Assembly: GCA_945878895.1 (NCBI GenBank)
Contig: CAMDVZ010000001.1
Coordinates: 1 to 58,218, forward strand
Origin: Caenispirillum bisanense
GTDB taxonomy: Bacteria; Pseudomonadota; Alphaproteobacteria; Reyranellales; Reyranellaceae
DNA: 58,218 nt
Reading direction: 5' to 3'
The position numbers were made by a program, and so were the translations under genes. Positions 56,520 to 58,218 of the stretch are shown here, piece after piece. Numbering within the stretch: position 1 is the first letter of the stretch; the number at the start of each line of letters is the position of its first letter. The notes beneath the pieces were generated by a model. The model had not been told where the DNA came from. It was given only the letters and a program-made list of their open reading frames with translations, and did not search any database.

Positions 56520-57614
56520 TCAGGCGGTCTCGATCCGCCGGCCGCCGCCGGCGTCGAACAGGTGGAGATTGTCGGGCGTCACCGAAAACGGCCGCTTCTC
56601 GCCGGGGCTGGCCAGCACGTGCCCGCCCTGCCGCACCGTCAGCAGCTCGCGTCCCGCGCCGAACCGGCCATGCAGGAGCGTGTCCGCGCCCAGCGGCTCG
56701 ACCATCTCGATCTCGAGCATCAACACGACCGCCCCATCGACGCCGGGGACCATGTGCTCGGGCCGCAGCCCCAACGTCACCGGGGCACCCGGCTCCATCG
56801 ACGTGGCCTTGGGCAGTTTCAGCGTCACCGCGGCGCCGCCGGCGGCCACGAGATCGATCGACGCGCGGTCGGCGCCGACCTTGCCGGCGAGGAAATTCAT
56901 CGCGGGCGAGCCGATGAAGCCCGCGACATAGGTGGTGGCGGGCTTTTCGTAGACGTCCATCGGCGAGCCGATCTGCTCGGCGACGCCCGCGTTCATCACG
57001 ATCAGCCGGTCCGCCAGCGTCATCGCCTCGACCTGGTCATGGGTGACATAGACGCTTGTCGTGCCGAGCTCGCGCTGCAGGCGCTTGATCTCCAGCCGCA
57101 TCTGCACGCGCAGCTTGGCGTCGAGATTGCTCAGCGGCTCGTCGAACAGGAACACCGCCGGCTCGCGCACGATGGCGCGCCCCATCGCGACCCCCTGAAG
57201 CTGGCCACCCGAGAGCTGGCGCGGCTTGCGTTGCAGGAAAGTGCCGAGCTCGAGGATTTTGGCGGCCTTCTGGACGCGCGTCTCGATTTCGTCCCTCGAC
57301 ATGCCGCGGATACGCAGACCGTAGGCCATGTTGTCGTAGACCGACATGTGCGGATAAAGCGCGTAGTTCTGGAACACCATCGCGATGTCGCGATCCTTGG
57401 GTTCCAGCTGGTTCACGACCCGCTCGCCAATCGCAATTTCGCCGCCGGTGATGCGTTCCAGGCCCGCGATCATCCGCAGCAGGGTCGACTTGCCGCAGCC
57501 CGAGGGGCCGACGATGACGATGAATTCGCCGTCGGCGATTTCCATGTCGACGCCGTGGATGACCTCCAGCTTGTCGTAGGATTTGCGCACGCCGCGCAGG
57601 CTGACGCGGGCCAT
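56520..57614 (-). CDS. ugpC: sn-glycerol-3-phosphate-type ABC transporter ATP-binding protein (UgpC/MalK type)
   Basis: Contains [11 protein letters not shown], Walker [12 protein letters not shown] and a TOBE-like C-terminus. The signature region reads [14 protein letters not shown], not the canonical LSGGQRQRVA. Confidence 0.8.
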   Translation of the reverse strand: MARVSLRGVRKSYDKLEVIHGVDMEIADGEFIVIVGPSGCGKSTLLRMIAGLERITGGEIAIGERVVNQLEPKDRDIAMVFQNYALYPHMSVYDNMAYGLRIRGMSRDEIETRVQKAAKILELGTFLQRKPRQLSGGQLQGVAMGRAIVREPAVFLFDEPLSNLDAKLRVQMRLEIKRLQRELGTTSVYVTHDQVEAMTLADRLIVMNAGVAEQIGSPMDVYEKPATTYVAGFIGSPAMNFLAGKVGADRASIDLVAAGGAAVTLKLPKATSMEPGAPVTLGLRPEHMVPGVDGAVVLMLEIEMVEPLGADTLLHGRFGAGRELLTVRQGGHVLASPGEKRPFSVTPDNLHLFDAGGGRRIETA

Positions 57615-57647
57615 GTCATCTTCTCCGGAAAAGCGGTCGCATGGCGG

Positions 57648-58218
57648 TCACTTCTCGGTCTCCACCAGACCGCGCACGAACTGACGTTGCATGAACATGA
57701 CCACCAGCACCGGCGGCAGCATCGCCAGCATCGCCATCGCCATCAGCAGGTTCCAGCTGGGAACCGAATCAACCACGTTGGCCTGGCGCGAGACGGTCAT
57801 GACCACGGTGTAGAAGCCTTCCTTGGTCGTGATCAGCAGCGGCCAGAGATACTGGTTCCAGCCATAGATGAACTGGATCACGAACAAGGCCGCCATCGTC
57901 GTGCGACTCATCGGCAGCAGGATGTCCCAGAAGAAACGCATCGGGCCGGCGCCATCGACGCGGGCCGCCTCCGCCAACTCGTCCGGCACGCTCATGAAGA
58001 ACTGGCGGAACAGGAATGTCGCGGTCGCCGAAGCGATCAGCGGGATGATCAGGCCGCTGTAGGAATCCAGCATCCCGAGGCTCGCGACGACGCCGTAGGT
58101 CGGCACGATGCGGACCTCGACCGGCAGCATCAGAGTCACGAAGATCGCCCAGAAGCAGGTCATGCGCAGGGGAAACTTGAAATAGACGATGGCGAAGGCC
58201 GCCAGCACGGAGATCGTG
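57648..58218 (-). CDS. ugpE: ABC transporter permease (UgpE type), 5' end beyond the window
   Basis: Contains the EAA loop [20 protein letters not shown]. The ORF stays open to the window edge. Confidence 0.78.
   Translation of the reverse strand, partial: TISVLAAFAIVYFKFPLRMTCFWAIFVTLMLPVEVRIVPTYGVVASLGMLDSYSGLIIPLIASATATFLFRQFFMSVPDELAEAARVDGAGPMRFFWDILLPMSRTTMAALFVIQFIYGWNQYLWPLLITTKEGFYTVVMTVSRQANVVDSVPSWNLLMAMAMLAMLPPVLVVMFMQRQFVRGLVETEK

Overview
This is a high-GC, alphaproteobacterial-looking chromosomal segment, with function calls based on motif and family recognition in the supplied translations rather than database searches. Ordinary core genes sit at both ends. On the left (1-7124) are class I fumarate hydratase, nagZ, two tandem PaaI thioesterases, DUF488, a crotonase and an alpha/beta hydrolase. 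On the right (47703-58218) are tRNA-Gln, a flavin reductase, a CHAD protein, a COG0523 GTPase, a ChaA-like antiporter and a glpK-SDR-glpD-EEP-ugpC-ugpE string. Between them lies a ~40.5 kb insertion bounded by an exact 20-bp direct repeat of the 3' end of the tRNA-Gln(UUG) gene (7162-7181 and 47703-47722), so I read it as a tRNA-borne genomic island. The island contains, in order: (i) a ~66-codon stub of a tyrosine integrase cut off by an IS21-family element (istA/istB); (ii) a heavy-metal RND efflux cassette, consisting of a membrane fusion protein with an unusual N-terminal periplasmic extension, a CusA/CzcA-like pump, a small periplasmic protein and a divergent OmpR/HK pair, with no outer-membrane factor, ending at a transposase C-terminal remnant; (iii) a ~29 kb organophosphorus acquisition supercluster. 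The supercluster comprises HD-phnCDEE-DUF1045, convergent phnGHIJKLMN (C-P lyase), two ugp-like ABC permease/SBP sets with only one ATPase gene, an adjacent GpdQ-like phosphodiesterase and a sulfatase-fold phosphonate-monoester-hydrolase-like enzyme, and a dpp-like ABC operon whose first binding-protein gene carries a single in-frame TGA. Pho-box-like 7-bp repeats at 11-bp phasing precede phnC and both arms of the divergent ugp-like promoter region. I found no rRNA and no CRISPR array. The many long overlapping ORFs in the track are GC-driven artefacts. The most interesting hypothesis is that the island encodes an integrated import, ester hydrolysis and C-P lyase route for phosphonate and phosphate esters.
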